DNA of 64,000 bases from Octopus sinensis (GCF_006345805.1 NC_043002.1:21576001-21640000), one strand, 5' to 3'. Shown: positions 46,983 through 60,029, numbered from the stretch's first letter. Notes: generated by a model not told the origin, from the letters alone. Numbers and translations are program-made.

Positions 46983-47864
46983 AGAATAATTCATGATGTC
47001 GATTTGTTCGCCTAAAGGTAGTGCTCCAGCATGGCCACAGTCATATGACTGAAACAAGTAAAAGAGTAAATATATATGTATATATGTATAGTATATATAT
47101 ATATATGTATGTATGTATGTATGTGTAATATATATACATCTATAGTATATAAAAATATGTATAATATGCATATTATATATGTATAGTATGTATATATGTT
47201 TGCGTGTGTGTGTGTGTGTGCATATGTGTATGCATGTATGTGTGAATGTTCTACATCAATACACCATTGTTAAATATGTATGTATCGATGTCAGTATAAA
47301 ACTTTGGCATTAACCCCAGTCGTTTGGTCTGCAACTCTCATTTCTGCAAGTAAGACTTTCATCTACAGCAACAATCATGACAGTGATGATAGCAATGTGG
47401 ATGGTGATGATCATCATTACTGTTGCCGTTATTATATTGCTATCTGGTTCTGCATTGCAACAATATTTTTCAAGAAACATATGCCAATGCCATAACGAGT
47501 TTACTTATGCATGCATACAAACCCCAACTCAATCACTCACTCACTCACTCATTCATTTGCTCAATCACTCACTCATTCATATTAGTGTATTTAAACACAG
47601 TCACTCATCTGTTTGTTTGTCTGTTTATCCATGAATCTATCTATCAGTTTGTTTATGCGTCTGTCTCTCCATCTGTGTGTCTGTCTGTCTGTTTGTCTAT
47701 CTGTCTCACTCTGACTATTCACCTTCTATTTCCCCACTGTCTCTCCCTCCCTCTCTCTGTGTATAAATATATATCATATCATATCACATCATTTAATGTC
47801 TTTATTAATAATGATGAAGATGAGAGATTGAGACTGAGGGGGAGAGAGGGAGAGAGAGATGCAG

Positions 47865-48010
47865 GTACGGCAGGTATTGAAAGTAAGCTGGTTAAGCAGC
47901 ATACTTCCCAACTATGTGGTATTGGGTTCAGTCTTACAGCACATCACCTTGGGCAAGTGTCTTCTAATTAACCCCAGGTTGACCAAAGCCTTGTGAATGC
48001 ATTTGGAGAG
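47865..48010 (+). mobile_element. SINE S2 5' half, degenerate
   Basis: GGGTTCAGTC..CACCTTGGGCAAGTGTCTTCT. Confidence 0.75.
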
Positions 48011-48251
48011 TCAGGATTCCTTTAGTCCCCTTTCTACCAAATCCATACACATATGTGCACACACATAAACACACGCACACACACACACGATTTTATTACT
48101 ATTTAGCAAAAGCAACAAAGTGACTCAAGGGCCAAGAGTTTTGTGCATTTGAGTTACTTTGTTGCTTCTACAGAATCATTGCATACAACAGATTCATTAT
48201 TATTATTGTTATTATTATTATGATTATTATTATTATTATTATTATTATCAC

Positions 48252-48433
48252 GCTGAGCAAAATGCTTAGCAGTATTTTATCTACTGCTACAGTCTGAGTT
48301 CAGATTCCACTAAAGTTGACTTTGCCTTTCATCCTTTTGGGGTCGATAAATGAAGTACCAGTTACGCACTGGGGTTGATGTAATCGACTTTTTCCCTCCC
48401 CAAATTTAGGCCTTGTGCTTATAGTAGAAAGGA
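48252..48433 (+). mobile_element. SINE S1, 5'-truncated
   Basis: CTGAGTTCAGATTCC..GCCTTTCATCCTTTTGGGGTCGATAAA. Confidence 0.85.
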
Positions 48434-48446
48434 TTATTATTATCAT

Positions 48447-48488
<42 letters not shown>

Positions 48489-49095
48489 ATACATATACTC
48501 GTGTTTTGAGTTGTGTGTGTTTGTATAAATATATATGTGTATTTTTCTATCTATACGTATCGTTCTCTATCTGGAAATACACATACAGACAAACACAATT
48601 GCATATGTATGCTTAGATCCATGAATCTCAGTGTGTGTGTATATATCGATGTGTGTATGTGCGTGCGTATTCATGGATATATATATAGTATATTATAATC
48701 AACGTATCAATGTCCTTGATATTATATCGTTTATAATTGCTGTAGTCTTGAGCTAAATTAGAGCTGTCAATATCTATAAATGATTGTTTGGTAATTTATG
48801 GAACATATGTCATTGTTTTGCTGTGTTGGGGAGGGAATTCCCTAATGTAGACCGTTATAGTCTGGCAATTATGTTTTCTAAACTCAAGATGAATTTTGTG
48901 AAAGCGGGTGTGTCCAGATAATATTATTTGACCTCTGTTTAGTTATGTAATCATTCTGGTCACCTTAACTCATTGCTTCTCATAGGAAAGGCTAGACACC
49001 CTCCACCCATGAGTATATGGTGGTGGTCTCTGCTGACAGAAAATGGGGACAGGTTGCCATGTTTAATATTATCATTTTGGTTTCAAATTGTTTAA

Positions 49096-49316
49096 CCCTT
49101 TAGTGTTCGCATTATTCTGCCAAAATTAATGCTTTTCTATCCACATTGTTTTGAATTAATCATGTGTTATCTTATAGCTAGGAGATTTTGATGAGGTAGC
49201 TGTTAATTTTTAAAACGATATTGTAGGATTTGTGTGAGAGACCAGATATGGCCAGTTTGAACATAAAACAAGCAAAATACTTTTGGCCGGATATGGCCAG
49301 TTTAAACGCTAAAGGG
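49096..49316. mobile_element. piggyBac-type MITE, 221 bp
   Basis: TTAA CCCTTTAG ... CTAAAGGG TTAA; an extra end at 49387-49435; degenerate relatives near 59485-59705 and 62935-63040. Confidence 0.8.
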
Positions 49317-49502
49317 TTAAAGTTGTTCAACATTTTGGAGAATGATGAAGAATTATATGTACACAAATTCTTATTTTGTCTTTTCATTAACCCTTTAGCA
49401 TTCAAACCAGCCATATCTGGCCAAAATATTTAACCTGTTCATATACACTAAAATGGGAAATAACCTTCATTGCAGCAACTGCTTCTGAATGATGTCATTG
49501 GA

Positions 49503-49545
49503 CTGTAGGATGTGTTTCTGCGTCATTATGCCTCATCAGCTACAG
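49503..49545 (-). ncRNA. CpG-decayed minimal hammerhead motif
   Basis: CUGUAG CUGAUGA GGCAUAAUGACGCA GAAA CACAUC CUACAG; 6-bp stem I; CACAUC is CGCGUC with two CG>CA changes. Confidence 0.55.
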
Positions 49546-49819
49546 ATAACAAATTTATTACTCCTATCCCACTAAAATCTGTGCTATCAATACAGAAACA
49601 GAAAATAATAGTAAATTTGTTGGTATTTCAGCAAAACAGTTCTATAAGTAATGTGTATTACGTGCTCTCCACCCACACCATACATTTTTTCACACCTCCA
49701 CCAATGAATCAAACCATGTCACATCATGTACTATGCTTGTCTACCTCCACCTACTTCTGTTGTCCAACACTGCTTTGTCATCTCTCTCTACTATACGCCA
49801 TTTGCCAACTAATTAATTG

Positions 49820-50187
49820 TTGTTCTATATTTAAGAGATGAGGAATTATGTACATTATTTCCATTATTTACATTTGACGAATATTTGTCCTCATCTTGTT
49901 TGTTGTTAACACAATGTTTCGGCATATGATGCAGTGGTTAAGAGCGCAGGCTACTAAACCCAAGATTCCAAGTTCAATTCCAAGCAGTGACCTGAACAAC
50001 AACAACAACAACTATAGTAATAATAATAATAATCATAATAATAATAACATTGAAAAATATCTTAGGAATGAGAACCCAGGTTTGAAATTCCCCCAAGACA
50101 TCTGAAGAAGGCTGGAGAGTATATCAGCCGAAACGTTGTGTTAGCAACAAACAAGATGAGGACAAATATTCGTCAAATGTAAATAAT
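49820..50187 (+). mobile_element. tRNA-headed SINE-like element with hammerhead tail (family B) and 5' inverted arm
   Basis: Inverted tail 49820-49923; A-box GCAGTGGTTAAG and B-box AGTTCAATTCC at about 49928-49985; (AAC/AAT)n; hammerhead; second copy at 63047. Confidence 0.82.
50097..50142 (+). ncRNA. Minimal type I hammerhead ribozyme motif, predicted GUU cleavage after 50137
   Basis: GACAU CUGAAGA A GGCUG-gagaguauau-CAGCC GAAA CGU U^ GUGUU; palindromic AACGUU stem III. Confidence 0.78.
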
Positions 50188-50479
50188 GTGATTAATTGCT
50201 GTTCCCCTATATACTTATGTTCACCATTCATTGTATTCCCTTTCTCTTCCCATCTCACCCGCTCCCCTTTTGCACTCTTGTGGACACCATGCTCACTCAG
50301 CCTGTCCCATCCTCTGTACCATTCCACTTACATTCACCTCTTTGTATCTTGAGGGTACACCCTGGTACATCATCATCTTTCTCTGTCTCTCTCTGACTGG
50401 TGTGGCCATGTATCTCCTCTACAGCAAGGAACCTCTTTCTGTCCCTCTATCGTAGTTTAACCTCTCATCACCTGGTTCA

Positions 50480-50725
50480 CTCCCCTTCTCATTTGAGGGG
50501 TCTTTGTCTTGCAAGTTACCCAGTGATCTTACTGATGTTGGTATCACATAAAAAGCACCTAGTACACTTTCATATAGTGCTCTGCATTACGAAAGGCATC
50601 CAGCTGTAGAAACCTATTCGAAACAGATGGTTGAGCTCGGAGCAGTCTCCTGCCTAGCCAGCCCCTGTAAAACCATCCAACCCTTGCCAGCATGAAAAAC
50701 GAATGTGAAATGATAATGATGATGA
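50480..50725 (+). mobile_element. Old RTE 3' UTR copy
   Basis: AAAAAGCACCTAGTACAC..AAAGGCATCCAGCTGTAGAAAC..CCAACCCTTGCCAGCATG. Confidence 0.7.
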
Positions 50726-51548
50726 AATGAAAAGCATTGTGAAGCTAGAATTTATTAATTAAAGACCTCTGTGTGTATATGTGTGTGTGTGTGCATGCAC
50801 ACACATATGTATGCATGTTTATATGTATATATATATAAATCTTTTTTTGTATACACTTGTACACTTGTATATTTGCACATACATACACACACACACACAT
50901 GTATGCATTTTATATGTATATATATATATAAATCTTTATTTGTATACACTTGTATATTTGCACATACATACATACATACATACATACATACATACATACA
51001 TGTGTATATAGACACAGACACACAAAAACATTCATATGCACACACATTTATACACACGCACACACTAGTCTAGTGTGTCAAAATTATACAACAGTAGTAG
51101 AACTATAAAACTTTTATTGTCGTAGCGAGTCAGCAGTTTCTGGTAGACTCAGTTAGTTATTGTTCATAAGCTAAGAGTTATCCGTTTTTGATTGTCTTCC
51201 AGATATGGCCATCTCTCTGACATTTATGAGGTAGAATCGATTTAGTGAATGTTAAGAATTCGCTCACAGCTGTTATGCTTTTCAAAAATCAATGATTTAT
51301 GGTGCCTTCATGTTTCTTGTTTCAAATCAGCATCAATGTTGTTGTTGTTGTTCTTTAAGTATATATTATATTAATTTTAGCTGTACATATATTTATTTTT
51401 CATGTGTGTTCGTATATGTATATATATACCCATGCTCCATCCAACCCATGCTAGCATGGATAACGGACGTTAAACGATGATGATGATTGATATGATATAT
51501 ATATATATATAGATAGATAGATAGATGTACATTTGTTTATGAATGTAT

Positions 51549-51726
51549 GGCATGTAAAAAGCACCCACTACACTCACGGAGTGGTTGGCATTAGGAAGGG
51601 CATCCAGCTGTAGAAACACTGCCAGATCAGACTGGAGCCTGGTGCAGCCTCCTGGCTTCCCAGACCCTGGTCGAACCGTCCAACCCATGCTAGCATAGAA
51701 AACGGACATTAATTGATGATGATGAT
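51549..51726 (+). mobile_element. RTE 3' UTR fragment
   Basis: Standard tail with (GAT)n. Confidence 0.9.
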
Positions 51727-51740
51727 GTGTGCGTGTGTGT

Positions 51741-52495
51741 ATCATCATCATCATCATCATCATTTAACGTCCGCTTTCCATGCTAGCATGGGTTGGACGG
51801 TTCAACTGGGGTCTGGGGAGCCCGAAAGCTGCACCAGTCCAGTCAGATCTGGCAGTGTTTCTACAGCTGGATGCCCTTCCTAACGCCAACCACTCCGAGA
51901 GTGTAGTAGGTGATTTTATGTGTCACCGACACAGGTGCCAGACGAGGCTGGCAAACGGCCATGCTCGGATGGTGTTTTTTTATGTGCCACCGACACAGGT
52001 GCCAGATGAGGCTGGCAGACGGCCACGCTCAGATGGTGTTTTTATGTGCCACCGACACAGGTGCCAGATGAGGCTGGCAAACGGCCACGATCGGATGGTG
52101 CTTGTTACGTGCCCACAGCACGGAGGCCAGTCGATGCGGTACTGGCTACGGCCACGTTTGGATGGTTTTCTTGTGTGCCACGTGCCACCGGCACTGGTAC
52201 CACAAAGATACAAATTCCATTGATGTTCATCTATTTTGATTTGTTTTGATTTTCACTTGCCTCAACAGGTCTTCACAAGTGTCACAAGAAGGAAGGTAAG
52301 CACAGGTGGACTGACTACGTCCCAGGTAAGGGCCACAGGTTATGGCCTGACTAGTCTTGCCGGGTCTTCGGATGGTGTTTTTATGTGCCACCGACATAGG
52401 TGCCAGATGAGGCTGGCGAACGGCCACGATCGGATGGTGTTTGTTACGTGCCCACAGCACGGAGGCCATTCGATGCGGTACTGGCTACGGCCACA
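51741..52495 (-). mobile_element. RTE 3' UTR with hairpin units, ORF2 end remnant and a rearranged second block
   Basis: Tail at 51741; units 51910-52190; GACTAGTCTTGCCGGGTCTTC then two more units at 52370-52493. Confidence 0.85.
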
Positions 52496-52509
52496 TATAT
52501 ATATATATT

Positions 52510-52550
<41 letters not shown>

Positions 52551-52827
52551 ACATTATGTGTATGTGTGTGTGTGTACATTATACATATGTACACACATAC
52601 AAGTTAATGTTAATGTTTAACTGAGGCATAGCAATACTAATAACCTGGTGTTAGAACACTGTATTCTTCAGAATAAAGCATTGGATGTTCTGATGAAGCT
52701 GTAAGTTGATGCATAAACACTCAACTCTGAGTGTACTGCTCCTTGTAGTAGAAACAGCCAGAAGCTAATGAAGTTCATTGCATGCATAATTTCCTGTTCC
52801 TTTGTCATTTATTTAATTACATACATA

Positions 52828-53200
52828 CATACATGGTTGCGTGGTAAGAAGCTTTTTTCCCAACCACATGGTTCCATGTTCAGTCCCACTGCATGGCACC
52901 TTGGGCAAGTGTCTTCTGCTATAGCTTCAGGCCAACCAAAGCCTTGTGAGTGGATTTGGCTGACGGAAATTGGAAGAAGCCCATCATATATATATATATA
53001 TATTTGTGTGTCTGTGTTTGTCCCCCCACCATCACTTGACAACCAATACTGGCATGTTTATGTTCCAGTAACTTTACATTTCTACAAAAGAGACCGATAG
53101 AATAAGAACTAAGCTTACGAAGAAAAAGTTCTTTGACTAAAATCCTTTAAGGTGATGCTCCAGCATGACCACATTCAAGTGACTGAAACAAATAAAAGAA
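52828..53200 (+). mobile_element. SINE S2
   Basis: GGTTGCGTGGTAAG, GTTCAGTCCCAC, GGCACCTTGGGCAAGTGTCTT. Confidence 0.88.
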
Positions 53201-53212
53201 TATATATATATA

Positions 53213-53445
53213 CAAGGTTGACCAAAAATCACCCGGCAGTAAATCAAAATTCCATAAATACTTAATATTCAATTTTATTTATTCATTTGGAAAAATGGTG
53301 TCACTCAAGAAGGACTTCAGTTTCATCAATTTTTCATGATGTTTCATATTTAGATGCTTTTATTAAATTCATTCAGTTGTTAAACAAATAAATCATTTAA
53401 TTAAATGGTTTTGATTTACTGTCAGGTGACTTTTGACCAACCCTG
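53213..53445. mobile_element. Tc1/mariner-type MITE, 233 bp
   Basis: About 37-bp TIRs CAAGGTTGACCAAAAATCACCCGGCAGTAAATCAAAA / TTTTGATTTACTGTCAGGTGACTTTTGACCAACCCTG; TA flanks. Confidence 0.88.
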
Positions 53446-56400
53446 TATATATGTCTGTTTAACAGAGAGGGTGGGAGAGAAATAAGATAGATAGGTATAG
53501 TTATATAGGCATAGCCAAGGCAATAGGTAGAGATCTGACTTTTTCATTAACAAGTTCTCTTTAGAACCATATGCTCGGGGGTTCAATCCCACTGCATGGA
53601 TTTTATCAGTTGGTGACTTCTACTATAGCTATGGGTTAACCACTACCTTGTGAGTGAAACTGCTGTATATAAATTGAAGAAGCTTATTGTACATGTTAAT
53701 ATATATATCAAATCGTCCAACCCATGCTAGCATGGAAAGCAGACGTTAAACAATGATGATGTTGTATGTACACACATCAATGTGTGTGTACACATCTGAG
53801 TAAGTTTTGTACTTTCCTTGCCATGACATGTTTGCGTGCTGATGTAAACAAAGGCTACCCTATTTATACAGATGGTGTCCTTTGTTTTCAGTCAACCATG
53901 AAGGCATGTCCTGGTATTTTTACATGTCATAGCATGTTATTCTGATTGTAAACAAAACTCCTCACCATTCTCACAAACAGTGTGAGCTGGTGGCTGTTTT
54001 TTTTTAATTTATATATTTTTTTATATTTTTGACTATTAATTTGCTTGGAAGCCAATAAAATTTGGTTTCAGAAAGGATATCTGGCCATGCATAGAAAACA
54101 CTGCCTTGGTGTAAACTTGTCTGGTCTGTGCATGCATAGAAAAGTAAATGCTACAACGAAATGATACAAGCATATGTGCTTGTATGCATGCTTTTACACA
54201 TGCACATACACACACGCACATATATTCATATGTGTGTAGCAATTATAATCTACACACAGAGCAGCATCAGTCAGAAAAATTTAAATTAGTTTTAAGTATT
54301 AGACAGCGTTTAGTTGTAATAGTAAATTATAAGAATATAATTATGTTTGTCTCCACTATAGTAATAGCTTAATTTCTGACTGCTTTGTAGAATATTCTGT
54401 GGTTACTGATTGAGAAAGAGATTAAGCATAATTTCTCTGAAATTTAGTCAACGAATCATGAAATGATTCATCATGTGACTCTCTCCTCCTCTTCGAAAGT
54501 AAGTCAGTGAACTTGGAGCTTGGTACCTGAAAAGGTAAGTTCATGTCCTGTGCAGACCTGAAGGTGGATAGGAACTAGGATGAAGTTATAAGCTATGTAA
54601 CCAGTCTCACCCAGAAATAGAATAGAAGCTACCTTCAGTAGCTCAGCTAGAGGAGGTAAATGCATACATCAACCCCTTTATTTATTATTGCCCAGGAAGA
54701 GCAAGGTTTCCTGTTTTGTAGCTGTGGTGGAGGAGATTGTATGGTGGATGAAATTCAAAGAACTAGGGATGGGCACTTCTTAGCTGTGGATATTGTATCT
54801 TCCCCAGTTTGCACCTGATTAGATGGTATGGTCTTTCATTTCTTGTAGTGAGGACACAGTTCTGTAGTCAGGTGGTCCATCTTCTGTGCCCACCCTTTGT
54901 TCAGAGGATTTGTTTTTTAATTACTGATGATGCAATGATATGCTAAGGCTGCACTCTCTGCTGAGAATCTTGGAAGGTGAGTAGGTGTGATCATCCTTTG
55001 TCGGGCATGTTTTGCTATAGTTTGTCTCCAATGCAGCTGTTGTCTGAGATTAATACCTGGCATCTGGAATGTTGTCAGGCACTCATAACTCTTTACTGCT
55101 TGGTAGAACTTCCATATTAGCATTCTATAGGGACTGGTGTGGAAAAGCAGCAACATTCTTGGGGAAACTCTATGGGAAGCCAAGAATAAACTGGTGATCT
55201 GTTAAGGTAGAGGACTTTTGACCCAAGAATTATGAAGAATTTCCAATAATCACTGGCCTGGCATTATTATTGAGGAACCTTGCTAGTTTAAGATGAACTC
55301 TACAAACATGGAAGTGATGTTAGATAGACCTGTGTAGAATGATGAAACAGTTCAGTGTCTGGACATTGCTGACTTATACAGTTTTGTTGAATGGATTTTG
55401 TTTGATGTGGAATATAAATCTGACTATTGCTAAGTCCCTCATGAAGATCATCTGAATCTGTCCTTTGACCATGAAAGGTAGGCATTTCTACTCTGCCTGG
55501 TGACTATGGTAAAACAGATTGTACAGGAGATGGGACTGAAAAGACTGATATCAGATACTTTCTTTTTTGGTGCTTTGCTGCCACCCATTGTCCAAGAAGG
55601 CCAAGCAGTTTCCCACTGGTCATGGCAAATGAGATTTATTGTGGACGAAATGGAAAAAAAAAACTGAAGATGAACACTTTCCTCTTTGTTCAGACCCTCT
55701 TCAGCTTCTTTAACTTTCAATTCTATAGATAAGTGAGGACAGTGAAATGCTGTCATCCAGTAAATTTATTTGAAAGAAGGGTAAGAATACGTTGAGATTG
55801 ACTTGAAGCTAAACAACAGAGATATTTTACTCAGCCACTTGAAATTGTTGATTATATTGACAATTAATTGAGCCTTCTCATTAGAAATATAGTCACACAA
55901 GGGTTTAAAACTCACCAACTAATCAGTTAAGGATCTCAATATCTTTACATTCCACTCTGTTAATTTTGCCTTTACATGCTAGGCATGACAAAATACTGCT
56001 CGTTAAACAGTTAAAAATGACAACTTTTTTATGAGCATTAAGTGTTAAATCAACCTTAATTTTTTTTTTTTTATTAGATTGTTTTAGACTCTAGAATTTA
56101 CAGCAATGATTCCCAATCTTTTCTACACCCTGCACTCCTAGGAAATGTTTGATTAATTTTTACACCCCATACAAATTTAATATTACATTTTGAAGCAGAA
56201 AAGTCAATTTTTCTAACAACTAATGTATTTTTTCAAATGAAGCCTCATCCAATTCTCTGTGTGATCAACAAATTGAATTCATAAAACAAGCTTTTGCTTC
56301 AATGCATAAAATGCAAATGTAGTGTGAGTAATTAGGAAAGAAAATGCAAGCAGTGACATCAATCACAATTGTGAACATAAAATTCAGTGACTTCTTTGTT

Positions 56401-57394
56401 CTTACTTCTTAAGCATGACCTTTTCAAAACCTGGAACTTTCTTCTGCTTGCCATCTGCAGCTCTGCCTGTGGATCCAGGCAATTCTTAGATTTTCTTTTG
56501 ATTGACAAAGAGAACAGAAGTTAGTCATTGCAAATGAAATATGGACACTGTTATTAGTCATAATCTCTTAGGGGTTAAATCTGAATTAGGCACTTGGCCA
56601 GCAATTTTTTGGAGAAGGGGGTTAGTCAATACCTTTGACCCTGGTGAAGGTCAAGTCAGGTATGGGAAGATGCACCAATGTTGCATCCACCATTTGTTAG
56701 TATTTGCTTGGATCATTAGGCAGACCTGAGCAGTGTCCCTGCTAATCTCCATCTCTGTGAGATACTTCCTCATCTACCATGACCATGTGGCATGTGACAC
56801 CCAAAACAAGCTATCACTCCAGCTGTGTCCTCCAAGAAGAAAACACAATACACAGGATCCATCCCAGAAAAATCAAGCCACATGACTAAACGGTCTCATC
56901 TGATGTTCCTGAATCATACAAGTAACAAGACATATCCCAAGTTTCTGAGAATAGTCATTGGTTGGACTTGGATGTACTGATGCAGTGGTAGACTCACTAG
57001 AGAAGGATGTTTGGTGCTGTTGATATCTTAGCAGGAGGACAACGGTTTGGGAATTCAGGTCTCTGGTTTTCCCTGTCTTTGCTCTAGAATTGCTAGACTT
57101 GGACATTGTCTGGGGCCCTTAGGAACTGTCTGAATGCTTCAAGGATTATGGGTTACCATTAAGCCAGATTTCCAGTACCGGACAGTTACTTTACATTTCA
57201 TCCCTCCAGGAATAGATAAAATAAGGTTGACCTTAGCAGGATGAAGATTCAGAAATGAAAGAGCCAGAGGAAAAACCACATGGTATTTTTCTGATGGCCT
57301 GATGAGTCTGTCAGCTCACCACCTACTACATATGTATAATAAGATTCTAGATGTTGTACTTGAAAATAGTTAGTTTTAGGAGTTAGCTCATAGG

Positions 57395-57785
57395 CCCAGG
57401 AGTGGCTGTGTGGTAAGTAGCTTGCTTACCAACCACAGGGTTCCGGATTCAGTCCCACTGCATGGCACCTTGGGCAAGTGTCTTCTACTATAGCCTCAGG
57501 CCGACCAAAACCCTTGTGAGTGGATTTGGTAGACGGAAACTGAAAGAAACCCGTCATATATATGTATATGTATATATATGTGTGTGTGTTTGTCCCCCAC
57601 AACAACTCTTGACAACCGATGCTGGTGTGTTTACGTCCCTGTAACTTAGCGGTTTGGCAAAAGAGACCAATAGAATAAGTACTAGGCTTACAAAGAATAA
57701 GTCCTGGGGTCAATTTGCTCGACTAAAGGCAGTGCTCCAGCATGGCTGCAGTCAAATGACTGAAACAAGTAAAAGAGTAAATAAA
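57395..57785 (+). mobile_element. SINE S2, full length
   Basis: As 10487. Confidence 0.92.
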
Positions 57786-60029
57786 TAATTTTATTCTGAA
57801 AAGCAATTTTAATAAAGCAGAAACTTTCCTTCTGAAAAGCCGTGTAGCATCTCAAGCTGGAAAACCCTTTTATACTGGAGGGTGCTGTGCCCACAGGCTC
57901 TCAAAGACAAGTAAGATTGAGAAATTTTATGTCACTGTCAATATATGTTGTCATTTTGTACTTTGAGTTAATGAGCTGTTGCTCATCTAACTGTTTGGTT
58001 TATATGGACAACTTAGGATGGTGTATATTGCAATGTTCTGTCATCTTAGAGGATGCTTTGCTCTTATGTTTTCAGTGACACGGGGACTAGTGGTTTGTGT
58101 AAATGCATGGAAGTTAGCCTTCTAATTAAATTTGGTTAGATCGAAAAGATACAAGTTGACCTTCACACCTTGATTGGACTGTAGCTAGGAACATAGAGGA
58201 GAAAGCAAATGCACACATTTACATCAATACACACACATATATACTCTCAGATGTATACATATCCATACATACTCATATACACACATTCACACACACACAT
58301 AAATATATGACAGGTACACACACACACTTATACACTCACAATGGATTGTATATGAGAGATGCAATATGTACTGTTGTGCAGTAATGGTGCAGCACACTTT
58401 AATGCTATAAACAGTCTGTTATGGTCAACAAACTGTGGTCACAGTGACTTGTCTAATCATACAGAAGAGGGAGGTCATTGGCCATCAGTGTTTCATAGCA
58501 ATATTGATTGGAGATGTTTGTTTAATTTTGCTTCTGCAGTGAACCCCAAAGACGTCTGCTGTTCTGTCTGTCTGTCTGTGGCTCTGCTTGTCAGTTTGTC
58601 CATTTTTCTTTTTATTTGTTTCATTTAAAAGCAAATTCCCCCCTGTTTGTCATTTTGATATTTTGTCTGTTTGCCCAGTCTGATTCCATCAGTTCATCTC
58701 AATTCAGCCTTAGAAGTAATAATTATACTGTCATAATGCTAATCTGTCATCTGATGTTGTGTTGAGTTATTTTTCATTTTTGTATGATTTCTTTCACTTC
58801 ATCATCATCATCATCATCTTCGTCATGGTTATTGATGTTGGTTGTCATCATAATCATTCCCTTTGTTATCAACATTATTACCTGCCTCCTCCTCGTCTTC
58901 AATGTCATCTTTATCAGCACCATTATCAATAACTCAGTGTTAGTGTAATTAATACAGGGAGCCATTAAAATCCAAATTAGAAATAAATGAGGTAAGGAGA
59001 AAAATTTAAAATATTAGCCATTGACAGACATTATTATCAATTTCTCCAACAAATATGGAAGACAATTCTGAACTTGTTTCAGTCTTACTCCGACCTCATT
59101 AGCAAAGCATACACTTCACCGTGTTATGTATGCCAAAGGTAGAAGATTGTGTGTAGGACGGTGTACTACTACTACTACTACTAATACTACTACTACTACT
59201 ACTACCAGCACCACCACCACAATTGTTTAGATACTAAGTGATAAGGCTTGTTCACAAAGTTATGTGTTCTATAAGACTTAAACAGGTTGACTTGTTCAAG
59301 GCGCTCTGGATGGAGCTAGTAGTTAAGACAAGTACTCTTAAGAGATGTTCTTGCAGCACTAGTTTAAAGGACTTGGCTTCATTCTAAGGTTGCCAAGAGA
59401 GGAGTATCAGTGCCTTTGACCTTCACGAGATATTTCTGTGACCTTCCAGATAAGACAGATTTGGCTGATACTCTGCTTAAACATCTTTCATCCTTTAGCA
59501 TTTATATTATGCTTGTCAAATGCAATACTTATTTGGTCACATTGTTTTGAAATGATCACACTTTGCGATTTTGTTGATGTGATTGTTTATTTTTATAATG
59601 ATATTGTAGGATAGGTGTGAGAGGCTGAATCTGGCTAGTTTAAGCGTAAAACAGGTAGAATATTTGGGCTTGGTGAGGCCAATTTAAATGCCAAAGGATT
59701 TTAAGTCAATATTTCCTGGACGAACATGGATATAGAGGATACTAGGTTGGATGCTATGTTGGAATGGAAAAGAATCTGATCTGGACAAAATATTTGAGAG
59801 TGAGCACCACTAAAGGCACATCAGGACTAAAGGGTTTGATGATTTGCCCTGGAATTTTAAGAAGGAGTATTTTTTATCTTTTGCTTGTTTCAGTCTTTGG
59901 ATGGCAGCTATACTGGAGCTTTACCTTGAAGGGTTTAGTTGAATGTATCAGCCCCTCCACTTATGTTTTTAAGTTTGTTACCCATTGGTCTTTTTTACTG
60001 AACTGCTAACTTACAAGGATGTGAACAAA

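Noticed and set aside
49926-49990. Functional tRNA gene (also the heads of S1, S2 and S3)
   Set aside because: A and B boxes are present but there is no complete acceptor stem, and each continues into a SINE body.
56101-56180. hAT-like left end CAGCAATGATTCCCAATCTTTT
   Set aside because: No matching right end or 8-bp TSD found.
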